Shown here piece after piece: positions 9,444-20,415 of a DNA stretch of 64,000 bases (the stretch's first letter is position 1; the number at the start of each line of letters is the position of its first letter). This DNA comes from an uncultured Bacteroidales bacterium (lineage in GTDB: Bacteria; Bacteroidota; Bacteroidia; Bacteroidales; VadinHA17). The notes under the pieces are model-generated. The model ran no database searches and was not told where the DNA came from. It saw nothing but the letters and a program-made list of their open reading frames with translations. The position numbers were made by a program, and so were the translations under genes. The DNA lies in the NCBI GenBank assembly GCA_963825935.1, contig CAWGUN010000009.1, positions 89,281 through 153,280 on the forward strand. Direction: 5' to 3'.

Positions 9444-10694
9444 ATGAATTTACCATATTTCATAGCGCACCGGCTGATTAAAGGAAGACGTGCAGGGACA
9501 TCATTTTCACGACCGATAAACGTAATTGCCATCGTTGGCATTGCCACGGGCCTTGCGGTGATGATCCTGGCAGTGGCCATCCTCACGGGATTCAAGAAAC
9601 AGATCCGGGAGAAGGTTGTCGGTTTCGGATCCAATATCCAGATCGTGAATTATGACCTTAATTTCTCCTTTGAGACTACTCCTATAAGCGAAGCACAGGA
9701 TTTTATTCCTAAAATAAATAAGATTGACGGGATTAAACATATCCAGGTGTTTGCAACAAAAGCAGGTATCATTAAAACAAACGAAGATATCCAGGGTGTA
9801 GTGCTTAAAGGTGTAGGCACCGATTTTGACTGGAGTTATTTCAGCAGCAATATAGTTGATGGTACAGTCTTCTCTGTCACTGACACTGCCCGGTCACCAT
9901 CACTTAAAGTGCTCATTTCGAAAAAAATCTCAGATATGCTCCGACTCCGGGTCGGTGATTCCTTCGCAATGCATTTTGTTCAGGATCCTCCCCGGATGAG
10001 AAAATTCACAGTAAGCGGTATTTATGAAACCAGTCTCGAGGATTTCGATAAAATGTATGTCTTTTGCGACATAGGGCATATTAAAAAGCTGAACGGCTGG
10101 AAGGAGGATCAGATAAGCGGATTTGAGATTTTCATTGATGATTTTGACAGGCTCGATGAAATGACAGAGAAAGTCAAGGATGCAGTGGGTTATAATATTT
10201 CTGAGGATCAGGAAAAATTCAAAGTAACGAACATACGGATCAAATACCCTCAGATTTTCGACTGGCTCAATTTCCAGGATGTCAACGTTCTGATAATAAT
10301 CTTATTGATGCTCATTGTAGCTGGCTTCAATATGATTTCCGGCCTGCTTATTCTTATCCTTGAAAAAACAAATATGATCGGAATACTGAAAGCTCTTGGA
10401 TCTGATGATATCACCATCCGGAGAGTTTTCCTTTACCAGGCTGCATACCTTATAGGCAAAGGATTACTCTGGGGAAATCTTATAGGTATAGGACTTGCAT
10501 TTCTTCAACTGAAAACCGGACTAGTGACCCTGGACCCCTCTTCATATTATATTAAGACAGTCCCTATCAATCTTAATCTCACTCATATCCTGCTGCTTAA
10601 TGCTGGTTCGATGGCAGCAATACTGGTAATGTTACTTGTTCCATCAAAGCTTATAAGCAGGATAACTCCTGTTAAAGCAATAAGATACGATTAA
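9444..10694 (+). CDS. FtsX/LolC/LolE-family ABC transporter permease
   Basis: 416 aa. It has an N-terminal TM segment, a large periplasmic domain and a C-terminal 3-TM FtsX-type region. The start MNLPYFIAHRL...FSRPI is typical of LolE-like permeases. Confidence 0.8.
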   Translation: MNLPYFIAHRLIKGRRAGTSFSRPINVIAIVGIATGLAVMILAVAILTGFKKQIREKVVGFGSNIQIVNYDLNFSFETTPISEAQDFIPKINKIDGIKHIQVFATKAGIIKTNEDIQGVVLKGVGTDFDWSYFSSNIVDGTVFSVTDTARSPSLKVLISKKISDMLRLRVGDSFAMHFVQDPPRMRKFTVSGIYETSLEDFDKMYVFCDIGHIKKLNGWKEDQISGFEIFIDDFDRLDEMTEKVKDAVGYNISEDQEKFKVTNIRIKYPQIFDWLNFQDVNVLIIILLMLIVAGFNMISGLLILILEKTNMIGILKALGSDDITIRRVFLYQAAYLIGKGLLWGNLIGIGLAFLQLKTGLVTLDPSSYYIKTVPINLNLTHILLLNAGSMAAILVMLLVPSKLISRITPVKAIRYD

Positions 10695-10704
10695 GGAAAT
10701 TGAA

Positions 10705-12159
10705 TTATTTTAAATTAAGCGTCAGATGCCTTTCCCGGTCATCAGTAATAATATTCTTATAGTGATCGTACCTTTCAAGTATCTCGCTTACAAAATTGAC
10801 TGATTCCGTTCCCCTGAAATAACCATTCTTAACAACAGTATCATTAAAATAGCGGGGTTCGGATTTTTTCAATATCCATACTGCCACATTTCCATCCCAT
10901 TTTTGCGGGTCTTTACCATTCTTCTCTGCAAGCTTCATTGCATCAAGTACATGTCCGGGACCGGCATTATAAGCAGCAAGAATAAATTTCATTCTTTCAT
11001 TCGAGTCAGCTATTTTCGGTTCAAATATCGATTGCAGCCACATAATATACTTAATACCTGCTTTGATATTGTTTGCAGGAGAGTCTGTTATATCAATCCC
11101 AAAGTTCTTTCCTGTTGCAGGCATAATCTGCATCAGCCCGTAAGCACCTGCCCAGGATACAACCCCCGGATCAAAGCGCGACTCCTGGTAAATCAATGAT
11201 GCCAGCAGACGCCAGTCCCAGTTAATACTGGTGCTTGCATTTTTAATCATATCATCCCATCGCGATAATTTTCCGGTGTTAAGGGAATAGTAATCACTGT
11301 TGACCATAATGCTTGACCGGGAATTTTTAAAATACTTGGCATATAGTAATGCATATGAGATGGAACTCCGGTAAGATAAAATCCATCGGTTGAGCTCACT
11401 CAGGAGTTTTTCTGAATTGTTCTTTCTTAATCCCCAGGCAATATTCTGAGGAAAGCTTACCGGGGTGCTAATGTCCAGATCCGGATAATAGGTGGCATTC
11501 ACCATTGCAACATTTTCATCACAGATGGTATAGTCAATTTCCCCGTATGCGACATTTCGTATTAGCTCTTCAGACTCATATGGCACCTCAATAATATTTA
11601 TGGTGTCTCCTATTTCTTCAGAAAGTGATCTTAATCGCCCGGAATGGGCTGTCAGCTCCTGGACATAAACACTCTTATTTGCCAGGTCAAGCTGGTTTCT
11701 GATCAGTTGTCTGTCTACAGCCTCTTCCGTCATTGAACGCCAGTTGCGGGGTTTGCGCTGAACAAGAACCTGTCGTGTCTCAAAAATCGGGTCAGTAAAG
11801 ATTATTTCTTTTTTTCTTGATGTATTTACTGTCAGACCTATGGCAAGCAGATCAGCTTCTCCTGAATTTAGAAGGTTAAAAGCATTCTCAAGATGGTTTT
11901 CTGTTATTATTTCCAGGTCGATGCCAAGATGATCGGTAAACTCCTTCAGAAGCTCAAAATGAAATCCCATGGGTTCCCCTTTGTAAATGAAATAATTCGT
12001 AGAATTAAAATCAGTTACGGCAATAAGCTTTCCTCTCCTGATAATTGAATCAAGATCGTAGGAAACAGGTTTAGGATTTTCAGTGATGTGATTATTTTTG
12101 GCACAGGAAGTTAAAACTGCTGCCAGAATAATGAATAAAATGGTTAACTTTTTTATCAA
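10705..12159 (-). CDS. MltF-like lytic transglycosylase (solute-binding-like domain plus SLT domain)
   Basis: 484 aa with a lipoprotein signal (VLTSCAKN). The SLT motif is LIYQESRFDP ... AYGLMQIMP ... AYNAGPG. Confidence 0.8.
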   Translation of the reverse strand: MIKKLTILFIILAAVLTSCAKNNHITENPKPVSYDLDSIIRRGKLIAVTDFNSTNYFIYKGEPMGFHFELLKEFTDHLGIDLEIITENHLENAFNLLNSGEADLLAIGLTVNTSRKKEIIFTDPIFETRQVLVQRKPRNWRSMTEEAVDRQLIRNQLDLANKSVYVQELTAHSGRLRSLSEEIGDTINIIEVPYESEELIRNVAYGEIDYTICDENVAMVNATYYPDLDISTPVSFPQNIAWGLRKNNSEKLLSELNRWILSYRSSISYALLYAKYFKNSRSSIMVNSDYYSLNTGKLSRWDDMIKNASTSINWDWRLLASLIYQESRFDPGVVSWAGAYGLMQIMPATGKNFGIDITDSPANNIKAGIKYIMWLQSIFEPKIADSNERMKFILAAYNAGPGHVLDAMKLAEKNGKDPQKWDGNVAVWILKKSEPRYFNDTVVKNGYFRGTESVNFVSEILERYDHYKNIITDDRERHLTLNLK

Positions 12160-12224
12160 ATTTGTTGTATTAATTATATATATGCCTTCCCTTTAAAAAG
12201 CGGGTGCAAAGATACAACAATTAT

Positions 12225-14144
12225 TTAATTATAAAAGGTCCAGGCAAGACCATATCGTAACATCCTGATATTCTGTGGGTAATATGGTATCATGAAGTAA
12301 TTGTACCCCATTAATCCTGAGTTTACATGATCGTACATTATAAAGATCCGCGTTCTCTGCAGCTTCAGGTTCAGAAATACATTAATAAATGGATAATTTC
12401 CGGCTTTTATCTGATCCTGCCTGTAGAACCTTCCTGTCGCAGGCATATATGAATATGGATAATAGAGCGTATTATATGTTACCTCTGCTCCAAGTTGAGT
12501 ATTAAGCCTGCCGTTGGTTTGCTTAAACCTGAAGAGGTGCTCAAAGAATCCTGCAGCCCGTACAGTAATAAGAGGAAGATCAAGAATTGAGGCATTGCTG
12601 CTCTTCTGAATCAGCAGATCGGTTGCAAGATGAAACTTCCATACCCGTAACTCTTTTCTGGCTGATAAAGCTGCGACCGATAATCCGCCCTGATGCTGTG
12701 AAGGAAGGGCAGCGGTGTCAAAATCAGTATAATTATTGATTATTGCATACTGAGCTTTTATTTCTGTTTTACGGGCAGGATAGGAGAATTTAGTCCCGAC
12801 ATCGATCCTGAACTCCTTCTTTAAAATGTTGTCCCATTCAAAATTGTTGCTTCCCCATAATTCATACCAGAAGGATGGTTGCCTGTTAACAATTCCACCT
12901 GTTATATCCCATGATGCAATTCCTTTCTTCAGTTCAAATGATTTGTTGATCAATCCGTTCAGGTCGAAATCACCTGCCCGGTAGCCCGTAATGAACAGCT
13001 CTCCGTTAACAATCCATCTGAATTTTTTCCCGATATCGCTAAAAAGTCTTCCCACAAGAACATTATTGCTCCTGTTCCATTTCACTGTATCTGAGAAATC
13101 AGTGCTATGTGCAGGGATTATCTGACTGTACCTGAAAAGCTCATTCCTTATACCCGCCCCGCCACCCAGTCTGAATTTTCTTGTCTCATCGGTGGTAAAA
13201 TCAAACCTTATTGTATTTTTAAAACTTCTTGAATATAATGAATCAAATGTTGCTAAACTGTCTATATATATCGACTTATAGAATCCCGATCGGGGATCAT
13301 TATCTGAATAGGATTTTTTATTGGTTTCCCATTCTAATATATGGGAAAAAGTGCCGTTGAGACCAAGGAATCCATGCGGCTTATTATTAATGGTATCATT
13401 CTGAACCGGTTGTTTGCGAATGGTGTATCTCTGAACAAGAAGCAAACTTCGGTTTTTAAGAACGCTCTTTGCAGTATTTAGGCTTCCCAGATTAACTTCC
13501 ACATCCCTGGTTGCTAACAGTTTAAGCTGATCCGTTTCAATTATTCCTCCGTTTTCATAAGAGGTCATATTATTTATACCGGCAGAAAAGTAGAGTTTAT
13601 ATCTCGGTCCCGTGTAAGATGAATAAAAGGTGAAAGTTTTATCCTCTGCACGCTGGTATTTGTACTGGCCAAGGCTGTAAATTATATCATAAATAAGTCC
13701 GAAATTAAGAAACCGGTTCACGTTCTGTGAATGACGTACTCTGAAGGTTTGCTCCGATGTCTCTCTTGGCGCTCCGAATGTCCAGACCAATTCAGAAAAC
13801 GGAACCTGTGTATTCATAAAAATTGCATTATCGGCATGAAACATGAAAGGATAATAGCCTGAATACAGAAACTTGTCAGGATCGGAAATGCGGTCGAAAA
13901 AATTTAACTGGTAAAACGGCAATCCATAGTTCCCAAGAGTAGCATTTAATGAGGAATACTTATCTGCAATCCTGTACCGGTGAAAGAGTGAAAAAACAGT
14001 ATCAAACGGAACAGGAACCTCTTCTGTAAAATCGGCTGACAGATTCCATTGTTTCAGTATTCTCGGTTTTGCAGGTTCTTGTTTCTGGGCAGATAATCCG
14101 ATGGAAGCCGAAAGCAGTAGCAATATTGATACATTTCTGATCAT
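12225..14144 (-). CDS. putative outer-membrane beta-barrel (porin-like) protein
   Basis: 639 aa with a signal peptide (SIGLSAQK). The sequence is rich in alternating aromatic/polar strands and ends in an aromatic C-terminus (...GLAWTFYN). The family call comes from memory only. Confidence 0.5.
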   Translation of the reverse strand: MIRNVSILLLLSASIGLSAQKQEPAKPRILKQWNLSADFTEEVPVPFDTVFSLFHRYRIADKYSSLNATLGNYGLPFYQLNFFDRISDPDKFLYSGYYPFMFHADNAIFMNTQVPFSELVWTFGAPRETSEQTFRVRHSQNVNRFLNFGLIYDIIYSLGQYKYQRAEDKTFTFYSSYTGPRYKLYFSAGINNMTSYENGGIIETDQLKLLATRDVEVNLGSLNTAKSVLKNRSLLLVQRYTIRKQPVQNDTINNKPHGFLGLNGTFSHILEWETNKKSYSDNDPRSGFYKSIYIDSLATFDSLYSRSFKNTIRFDFTTDETRKFRLGGGAGIRNELFRYSQIIPAHSTDFSDTVKWNRSNNVLVGRLFSDIGKKFRWIVNGELFITGYRAGDFDLNGLINKSFELKKGIASWDITGGIVNRQPSFWYELWGSNNFEWDNILKKEFRIDVGTKFSYPARKTEIKAQYAIINNYTDFDTAALPSQHQGGLSVAALSARKELRVWKFHLATDLLIQKSSNASILDLPLITVRAAGFFEHLFRFKQTNGRLNTQLGAEVTYNTLYYPYSYMPATGRFYRQDQIKAGNYPFINVFLNLKLQRTRIFIMYDHVNSGLMGYNYFMIPYYPQNIRMLRYGLAWTFYN

Positions 14145-14188
14145 CTGCGCAAATATATAAAATAATTGCGGTCGGTTTCAGCTTTGCC

Positions 14189-15673
14189 TTAGTCCACATT
14201 ATCGTTCAGATACGCATTGTTCTCCCTGAGAACCGGTCCATCCTCATCATCCGACGTAAGGGTAAATTTCGACAGTTTGCTTTCGGATTTACTATCAGGC
14301 GGATTAAGCCCCATATTCCTTCTTATATAGGCCGGCACATCTTCGAAAGTATCTATATTTTCTTTCATTGTTTTATTGGAAAGTCCCTCCTTCTTGAGAA
14401 TGTTCTGCATATGTTTCACTTTCTTCAGAGTTGTCTCCGGCTTCTCCGGACTCTCCTCATCGCTCGCTTTGTCTCTTTCCCTGATACGGCCTGCATCCTC
14501 ACTGCTAACGAAATTAAAATTAAATTCTCCCTGGGACTCCTCTTCAAATTCGGTAATGATCGATCTCTCCTCTTTGTCGTGCACAATGAATGACTCTTCA
14601 TTTTTCTGAGGAAGGTTTTGCGGAGGAGCAACATTTGTGTAAGACAATAATTCAACCTTTTTTTGCTTTTTTGCTTTATATGGCTGGAAAATACTTGCAG
14701 CCTCAAAACCGGTTGCTATTACTGTTACGCTGATATTTTCGCCTAAAGCTTCATCCTGGGATAATCCTCTTATTATCAGAGCATCTTCAGAAGCAGCTTC
14801 ATACATATAATCGGTAATTTCACCAAGTTCATCCATTGTCAGTTCATGCTCACCGACTCCTGATGAAATATTGATAAGGATGCTTTTTGCTCCTGTTATA
14901 TCATTGGAATTGAGCAAAGGTGAAGCCAGGGCATTCTCAATAGCACGGATGGCCCTGTTTTCACCGGCGGCCATACCCATCCCCATAATGGCAACTCCTG
15001 AATCTTTCATCACTGTTTCAACATCAGCGAAATCGACATTAATATAACCGGTGACAGTAATTATTTCTGCAATTCCTTTAACTGCTGTCGTCAGCACATC
15101 ATCAGCTTTGGCAAAAGCTGATGAAACTCCCTGATTACCGTAAATCTCACGTAGCTTTTCATTATTAATTACAAGCAGCGAATCGACATGATCTTTCAAT
15201 TCAGTAATACCGTCAATTGCATACCTGATCCGGACTTTTCCTTCGGATTTGAATGGAATTGTTACAACAGCAATTGTAAGAAGTCCTGATTCCTTGCAGG
15301 CTTTTGCAATTACCGGTATTGCTCCCGTACCAGTACCTCCTCCCATACCCGTTGTAATAAATACCATACGGGTATTACCACCAAGAGCATCCATAACATC
15401 GCTGATATTTTCGAGAGCAGCCTTTTTGCCTTTTTCGGGCTGGCTCCCCGCACCCATTCCTTCGGTAAGTGACTCACCGATCTGGACTTTAATAGGTACG
15501 GGGCTCTTTGCCAGCGCCTGGTGGTCTGTATTGCAGATAACAAAATTTACATCCCTTATACCTTTTTCAAACATATGATTGACAGCATTATTGCCACCGC
15601 CGCCAATACCAAGTACTTTAATTATCGACGATCTTTCTACAGGCAGATCAAAATTCATAATATCGTCTGGCAT
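14189..15673 (-). CDS. ftsZ: cell division protein FtsZ
   Basis: 494 aa. Tubulin signature GGGTGTG, N-terminal IKVLGIGGGGNNAVNHM, and a long acidic linker. Confidence 0.97.
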   Translation of the reverse strand: MPDDIMNFDLPVERSSIIKVLGIGGGGNNAVNHMFEKGIRDVNFVICNTDHQALAKSPVPIKVQIGESLTEGMGAGSQPEKGKKAALENISDVMDALGGNTRMVFITTGMGGGTGTGAIPVIAKACKESGLLTIAVVTIPFKSEGKVRIRYAIDGITELKDHVDSLLVINNEKLREIYGNQGVSSAFAKADDVLTTAVKGIAEIITVTGYINVDFADVETVMKDSGVAIMGMGMAAGENRAIRAIENALASPLLNSNDITGAKSILINISSGVGEHELTMDELGEITDYMYEAASEDALIIRGLSQDEALGENISVTVIATGFEAASIFQPYKAKKQKKVELLSYTNVAPPQNLPQKNEESFIVHDKEERSIITEFEEESQGEFNFNFVSSEDAGRIRERDKASDEESPEKPETTLKKVKHMQNILKKEGLSNKTMKENIDTFEDVPAYIRRNMGLNPPDSKSESKLSKFTLTSDDEDGPVLRENNAYLNDNVD

Positions 15674-15736
15674 ATTGTTATATTTTAATTGTTTCTGAAC
15701 AGCAAATTATTAATTGAAAACCATATTTATTTCATA

Positions 15737-17098
15737 TCAGTTAATTGTCTGATCTTCAACTTCAAACATTTTCGAAACCATTATTTTAAGCTTTTCGGCA
15801 ATGGAAGTTCTTGGTTCGGGCTGATCCTGCCCGGTGATATTTCCCGCTTCAACTTCTACTTCCTCTCTTTCCGGAACATCGATCCTTGGGGTACGGACAT
15901 ACTCTTCCTGTCTGCCGGCTCTGAATGACTTTTTATACATATCAATATAATCAAACCCGCGCATTATCAATCCGACAGCAGTTGAATACATAGGTTGGTT
16001 TATCTCATTCCTGCCTGTTCCGGCAAGGTGTTCATTCGGCATACCTATCCTTACATCCATTGCAGTCTTGAATTTCATAAGTTGCGGGAGGTGTTTCAGC
16101 ATAGCTCCTCCACCAGTGATCACTACTCCTGCAGCAAGTTTGTCGGCATATCCGGAGTTCTGTATTTCAAAATTGACAAAATCAATTATCTCTTCCATTC
16201 TTGACTGGATAATATATGCCAGACTCCTGAAGGAGATCTCTTTTGGTTCCCTTCCGCTTATCCCCGGAATAGATACTACTTTATCCTCCGGTGCTATATC
16301 CCCAAGTGCAGAACCGTACTGGAGCTTTAATTGCTCAGCATGACGCTGTAAAATTGCGCATCCCTCCTTAATATCTTTTGTTACAACGTTTCCTCCAAGC
16401 GGGATCACAGCTGTATGACGAATAATATTATCGAAATAAACTGCAACATCTGTTGTTCCTCCCCCAATATCCACGAGAACAACCCCTGCCTCCTTCTCAT
16501 CCTCAGTGAGTACTGCATCTGACGATGCCAGAGGTTCCAGGATCATATCCTTAACAGTCATATTTGCTTTCCTTACACATTTCTCAATGTTCTTAGCCGC
16601 AGCAACCTGCCCTATAACAATATGAAAATTAGCCTCAAGACGTCTTCCGCACATCCCTATCGGGTTCTTCACACCGGTCTCATTATCGACAATGAAGTTC
16701 TGCGGAATGACATGGATTATCTCTTCGCCGATATCGATATGTATCTTATGCATATCCTCGATCAGCCTGAAAACCTCCTCTTTCTTAATTTCATCCTCAT
16801 AATTCTCCCGGATAATATATCCGCGGTTCTTCATGCTTTTAATATGCTGGCCTGCGATGCCTACAAAAACTTCCGAAAACATTATACCGGACCTTTTCTG
16901 CACATCATCCACGGTTGTCTGGATTGCATTGACTGTCTCTTCAATATTCAGTACAACACCTCTTTTGACACCCTTGGAAAGAGCTTTGCTTAACCCGAGA
17001 ATTTCAATCTTTCCATTCTCGTTTTTCTTACCGACAATCGCAACTATTTTAGTTGTCCCAATGTCGATTGCTGCTACATACTGTTCTTTATTGTTCAT
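15737..17098 (-). CDS. ftsA: cell division protein FtsA
   Basis: 453 aa. Actin-fold motifs are AIDIGTTKIVAIVG and VLVDIGGGTTDVAV. It lies between ftsQ and ftsZ. Confidence 0.95.
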   Translation of the reverse strand: MNNKEQYVAAIDIGTTKIVAIVGKKNENGKIEILGLSKALSKGVKRGVVLNIEETVNAIQTTVDDVQKRSGIMFSEVFVGIAGQHIKSMKNRGYIIRENYEDEIKKEEVFRLIEDMHKIHIDIGEEIIHVIPQNFIVDNETGVKNPIGMCGRRLEANFHIVIGQVAAAKNIEKCVRKANMTVKDMILEPLASSDAVLTEDEKEAGVVLVDIGGGTTDVAVYFDNIIRHTAVIPLGGNVVTKDIKEGCAILQRHAEQLKLQYGSALGDIAPEDKVVSIPGISGREPKEISFRSLAYIIQSRMEEIIDFVNFEIQNSGYADKLAAGVVITGGGAMLKHLPQLMKFKTAMDVRIGMPNEHLAGTGRNEINQPMYSTAVGLIMRGFDYIDMYKKSFRAGRQEEYVRTPRIDVPEREEVEVEAGNITGQDQPEPRTSIAEKLKIMVSKMFEVEDQTIN

Positions 17099-17117
17099 AT
17101 GAATTAAATATGGTTTC

Positions 17118-17897
17118 TCACTTTCTTTTTCTACATACTATCTGGTCTTCAAATTCCAGGCTTATGACCGAATATTTATTCCAACCCACCTCTGGCAGGA
17201 CTTTATCATAGAAAGCCCCCAGGTTTCTGAGTTTACCTTTATAATTATCAAAAGTGCCCAGGTGTACTACATGATTCCCTACTCGTGGTATAAGATCTAT
17301 TTTATCCTTTTTGTCGACATAGATCTGATCAATCTGGGCTGACCAGAAACTATCGTCATTTATATAATTCACAAAATTGTAAACCTCCTTAAGAATTGAT
17401 CTTTTAATGCTTGTATCGAGGATGCTTAAACCATCAAGCATTGCCTGACTTATAGTTACATTGCCTTCTACTATATGCAGCCTTGGAGTATAAAGGTTCC
17501 TTCGGCGTAATACAATCCCCTCTTTATCGATAAAATAGTCGCCTCCCTCGTCGGGTATCACTCTCATAATCGGATTGCGCTGGTCGACATACACAAACAA
17601 TGTACCATCAATTGAAAGATAAGTCTCAGCCACTTTCAGCTCCCGCAGGTTTTTTATTTTGTCCTCGATCTCAAGGACCGGTATACTTTTTACAGGCTGT
17701 CCAAGAATTATTCTTCCATTCCCATAAACAAGATTCAGTAGTTGTCTTTTAGTAACAAAATGATAATCTGCGGAATCTTTGATATTGATCACAATCCTGC
17801 TGCATGGTTTTGCATTTGATGAAGAAGCCATATAAACAGGCATAAGAAACAGATATAATACCGGTATCACTAATAATATCTTCATCAGCCTGTTCAT
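17118..17897 (-). CDS. ftsQ: cell division protein FtsQ-like
   Basis: Single N-terminal TM segment followed by a POTRA-like region, placed between murC and ftsA. I chose start MNRLMK (ATG complement 17895-17897) because it overlaps the murC stop as ATGA. The track ORF extends to 17921. Confidence 0.75.
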   Translation of the reverse strand: MNRLMKILLVIPVLYLFLMPVYMASSSNAKPCSRIVINIKDSADYHFVTKRQLLNLVYGNGRIILGQPVKSIPVLEIEDKIKNLRELKVAETYLSIDGTLFVYVDQRNPIMRVIPDEGGDYFIDKEGIVLRRRNLYTPRLHIVEGNVTISQAMLDGLSILDTSIKRSILKEVYNFVNYINDDSFWSAQIDQIYVDKKDKIDLIPRVGNHVVHLGTFDNYKGKLRNLGAFYDKVLPEVGWNKYSVISLEFEDQIVCRKRK

Positions 17898-19288
17898 CGG
17901 ACCGCCTCCTTCTTCATCCATTTTTCAATCGGTTCTGCAAGCCTGTCAATATCACCGGCACCTATTGTAGCCAGAACATCCAGCTTGCTCATATCGAGTT
18001 TACCCGGTATGTCGTTCATTTCCATGAGGCTTTTGCGTGTTAGCTTCATCCTGCTGTAAATCATATCTGATGAAACTCCGGGAATCGGTTTTTCCCTTGC
18101 AGGGTATATCGGAAGTAAAATAACTTCATCAAGAGTGTCAAGTATTTTGGCAAAGCCGTCAGCATGATCCCTCGTCCGGGTATAGAGATGCGGTTGGAAG
18201 ATTCCTGTAATTCTTCTACCCTTAAAATATTCTCTCAACGATATTATACATGCCCTGATCTCTTCAGGATGATGAGCATAATCATCAACATATGTCAGTC
18301 CCGGTATATTGACCCTGATGTCAAATCTCCTTCTGACTCCTTTAAACAGGATGACTGATTTTCGCAATTCATTTTCAGTAACTCCGCATTTCAGAGCAAC
18401 TGCAATGGCAGCTGTCAGGTTTTCAATATTTATTATCCCCGGAAACGACAGTCTCATATCTCTGAATATCCCTTCCCTGGTTTTCAGGTTAAAACTGTAA
18501 TAATCATCCTTATGTTCAACCTCGTAATAACTGAAGTCAGCATCCTGAGAATCGCCATATGTAAAGCATGTAACTCCATCCGGACAAATGATGCTTGTTT
18601 TAATCTTGTTGTTAATTATCAGGATGCCTCCCGGCTTTATTTTTTTACAAAATTCATTGTATCCTGCAATCATTGTCTTATGGTCACCATAGATCTCAAG
18701 GTGATCTGCATCAACTGCAGTGATTACAGCAATAAAGGGATTGAGCCTGTGGAATGAACGGTCGTATTCGTCAGCCTCCATTACCGTAAACCTCCCTTCA
18801 CCAAGCAGGAGGTTTGAATTATAGTTCTTTGAAATCCCTCCCAGGAAAGCAGTGCAATCTACATGCGACTGCTTAAGAATATGGGCAGTCATGGTCGATA
18901 TAGTTGTCTTTCCGTGTGTTCCAGCAATTGCAATTGTGTCGGTTTTTAAAGATATCTCACCAAGTAATTCTGATCTTTTATAAATCCTGTATCCGTTATT
19001 CCTGAAGAATGAAAGTACCAGATTCTCAGCCGGTATAGCCGGGGTATAAATTACCAGGACCCTGTTCTTACTGTCACTATCTTTAAACAGATTTGGAATT
19101 GTTGCGGGATCATCCATATAGGAGACTGTACAACCTTTATCGGCCAGTGTGTTCGTGAGACTGCTTTGTGACCGGTCGTAACCGGCAATTGTATATCCGC
19201 CTACTGCAAAATATTTTGCAAGGGCACTCATGCCAATCCCCCCGATCCCGACAAAATAGATACCTTCTATGTTTTTAAAATCTATCAT
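17894..19288 (-). CDS. murC: UDP-N-acetylmuramate--L-alanine ligase
   Basis: 464 aa. N-terminal FVGIGGIGMSALA and the Mur ligase P-loop GTHGKTTIS. The start overlaps the murG stop (ATGA). Confidence 0.95.
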   Translation of the reverse strand: MIDFKNIEGIYFVGIGGIGMSALAKYFAVGGYTIAGYDRSQSSLTNTLADKGCTVSYMDDPATIPNLFKDSDSKNRVLVIYTPAIPAENLVLSFFRNNGYRIYKRSELLGEISLKTDTIAIAGTHGKTTISTMTAHILKQSHVDCTAFLGGISKNYNSNLLLGEGRFTVMEADEYDRSFHRLNPFIAVITAVDADHLEIYGDHKTMIAGYNEFCKKIKPGGILIINNKIKTSIICPDGVTCFTYGDSQDADFSYYEVEHKDDYYSFNLKTREGIFRDMRLSFPGIINIENLTAAIAVALKCGVTENELRKSVILFKGVRRRFDIRVNIPGLTYVDDYAHHPEEIRACIISLREYFKGRRITGIFQPHLYTRTRDHADGFAKILDTLDEVILLPIYPAREKPIPGVSSDMIYSRMKLTRKSLMEMNDIPGKLDMSKLDVLATIGAGDIDRLAEPIEKWMKKEAVR

Positions 19289-20415
19289 TTACCCGCAAGC
19301 TTAAGTATTTCGGTAGCTATTCTGACATCTGCATCCCTGTCAGCCATCTTTTTAATATTTGAAGAAAGAGTCTTTCTTTCCTCTTTGTTTGAAACAAGTT
19401 TAATTGCCTCATCAACAAGGCGCTTTGGTGCCTCATCATCTCTAACCATCACTGCGGCATTTTTGTACGTCAGAGCCAGGGTATTTTTTGTCTGGTGATC
19501 TTCAGCAACATTAGGTGAGGGAACCAGGATTACCGGTTTGCCTACCAGGCATAATTCTGAAATTGTACCGGCTCCTGCCCTTGAAACTATAACATCTGCA
19601 GCGGCAAATGCATAGTCCATTCTGTTAATAAAACTATTGACGGAGATATTTTCGCTGGCTGAGAGAGATACCAGAGCTTTTACATTTTCGTAGTAGTTCT
19701 TTCCTGTCTGCCAAAGCCACTGATAGCCCGAATCGCTCATCTTTTTAATATTCTCCGAAAGGCTTTTATTAATTGTGCCAGCTCCCAGGGAGCCTCCAAG
19801 TACAAGAATAACCGGGGGACCTTGCCTGAGCCTGAAGAATAAAAGCGCTTCATTATGCAGATTCTTCAGGTTATCGAAATTCTGGCGTACAGGGTTTCCT
19901 GTCTTAATTATTTTTTCAGCAGGAAAATATTTTTCCATCCCGTCATAAGCGACGCATATAACCGAAGCTTTTTTAGCAAGCAGTTTGTTTGTCACCCCTG
20001 CATAGCTGTTCTGCTCCTGAAGAAGAGTAGGTATTCCCATTTTGCCTGCCTGCCTCAAAATAGGTCCGCTGGCATAACCGCCAACTCCGACTACAACATC
20101 GGGATTGAACTCCCTGATCACTTTACGGGCCTGGAACAGGCTTTTTATCAGCTTGTATAGTACAGTAAAGTTTTTAAGTGAAAGCTTCCTGTTAAAACCT
20201 GCTACAGGAAGACCTACTATCTTATATCCTGCCGAGGGTACTTTTTCCATTTCCATTCTTCCTTCAGCCCCGACAAAAAGGATATCGATCTCAGGATCTA
20301 TTCTTCTGAGAGCGTTTGCAACTGAGATAGCCGGGAAAATATGGCCACCGGTTCCACCGCCGCTGATAATTATCTTTTTATGATCTTGCCGGTTCATATA
20401 TTTTTTCTCCTTCAT
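19285..20415 (-). CDS. murG: undecaprenyldiphospho-muramoylpentapeptide beta-N-acetylglucosaminyltransferase
   Basis: 376 aa with motifs SGGGTGGHIFPA and GGSLGA. The start is uncertain: an alternative ATG lies 18 nt downstream. Confidence 0.93.
   Translation of the reverse strand: MKEKKYMNRQDHKKIIISGGGTGGHIFPAISVANALRRIDPEIDILFVGAEGRMEMEKVPSAGYKIVGLPVAGFNRKLSLKNFTVLYKLIKSLFQARKVIREFNPDVVVGVGGYASGPILRQAGKMGIPTLLQEQNSYAGVTNKLLAKKASVICVAYDGMEKYFPAEKIIKTGNPVRQNFDNLKNLHNEALLFFRLRQGPPVILVLGGSLGAGTINKSLSENIKKMSDSGYQWLWQTGKNYYENVKALVSLSASENISVNSFINRMDYAFAAADVIVSRAGAGTISELCLVGKPVILVPSPNVAEDHQTKNTLALTYKNAAVMVRDDEAPKRLVDEAIKLVSNKEERKTLSSNIKKMADRDADVRIATEILKLAGK

Noticed and set aside
17898-17921. Longer ftsQ start (MDEEGGGP...).
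   Set aside because: It would overlap murC by 28 nt. The internal ATG gives the ATGA stop/start overlap also seen at murG/murC and leaves a normal N-terminal TM segment.
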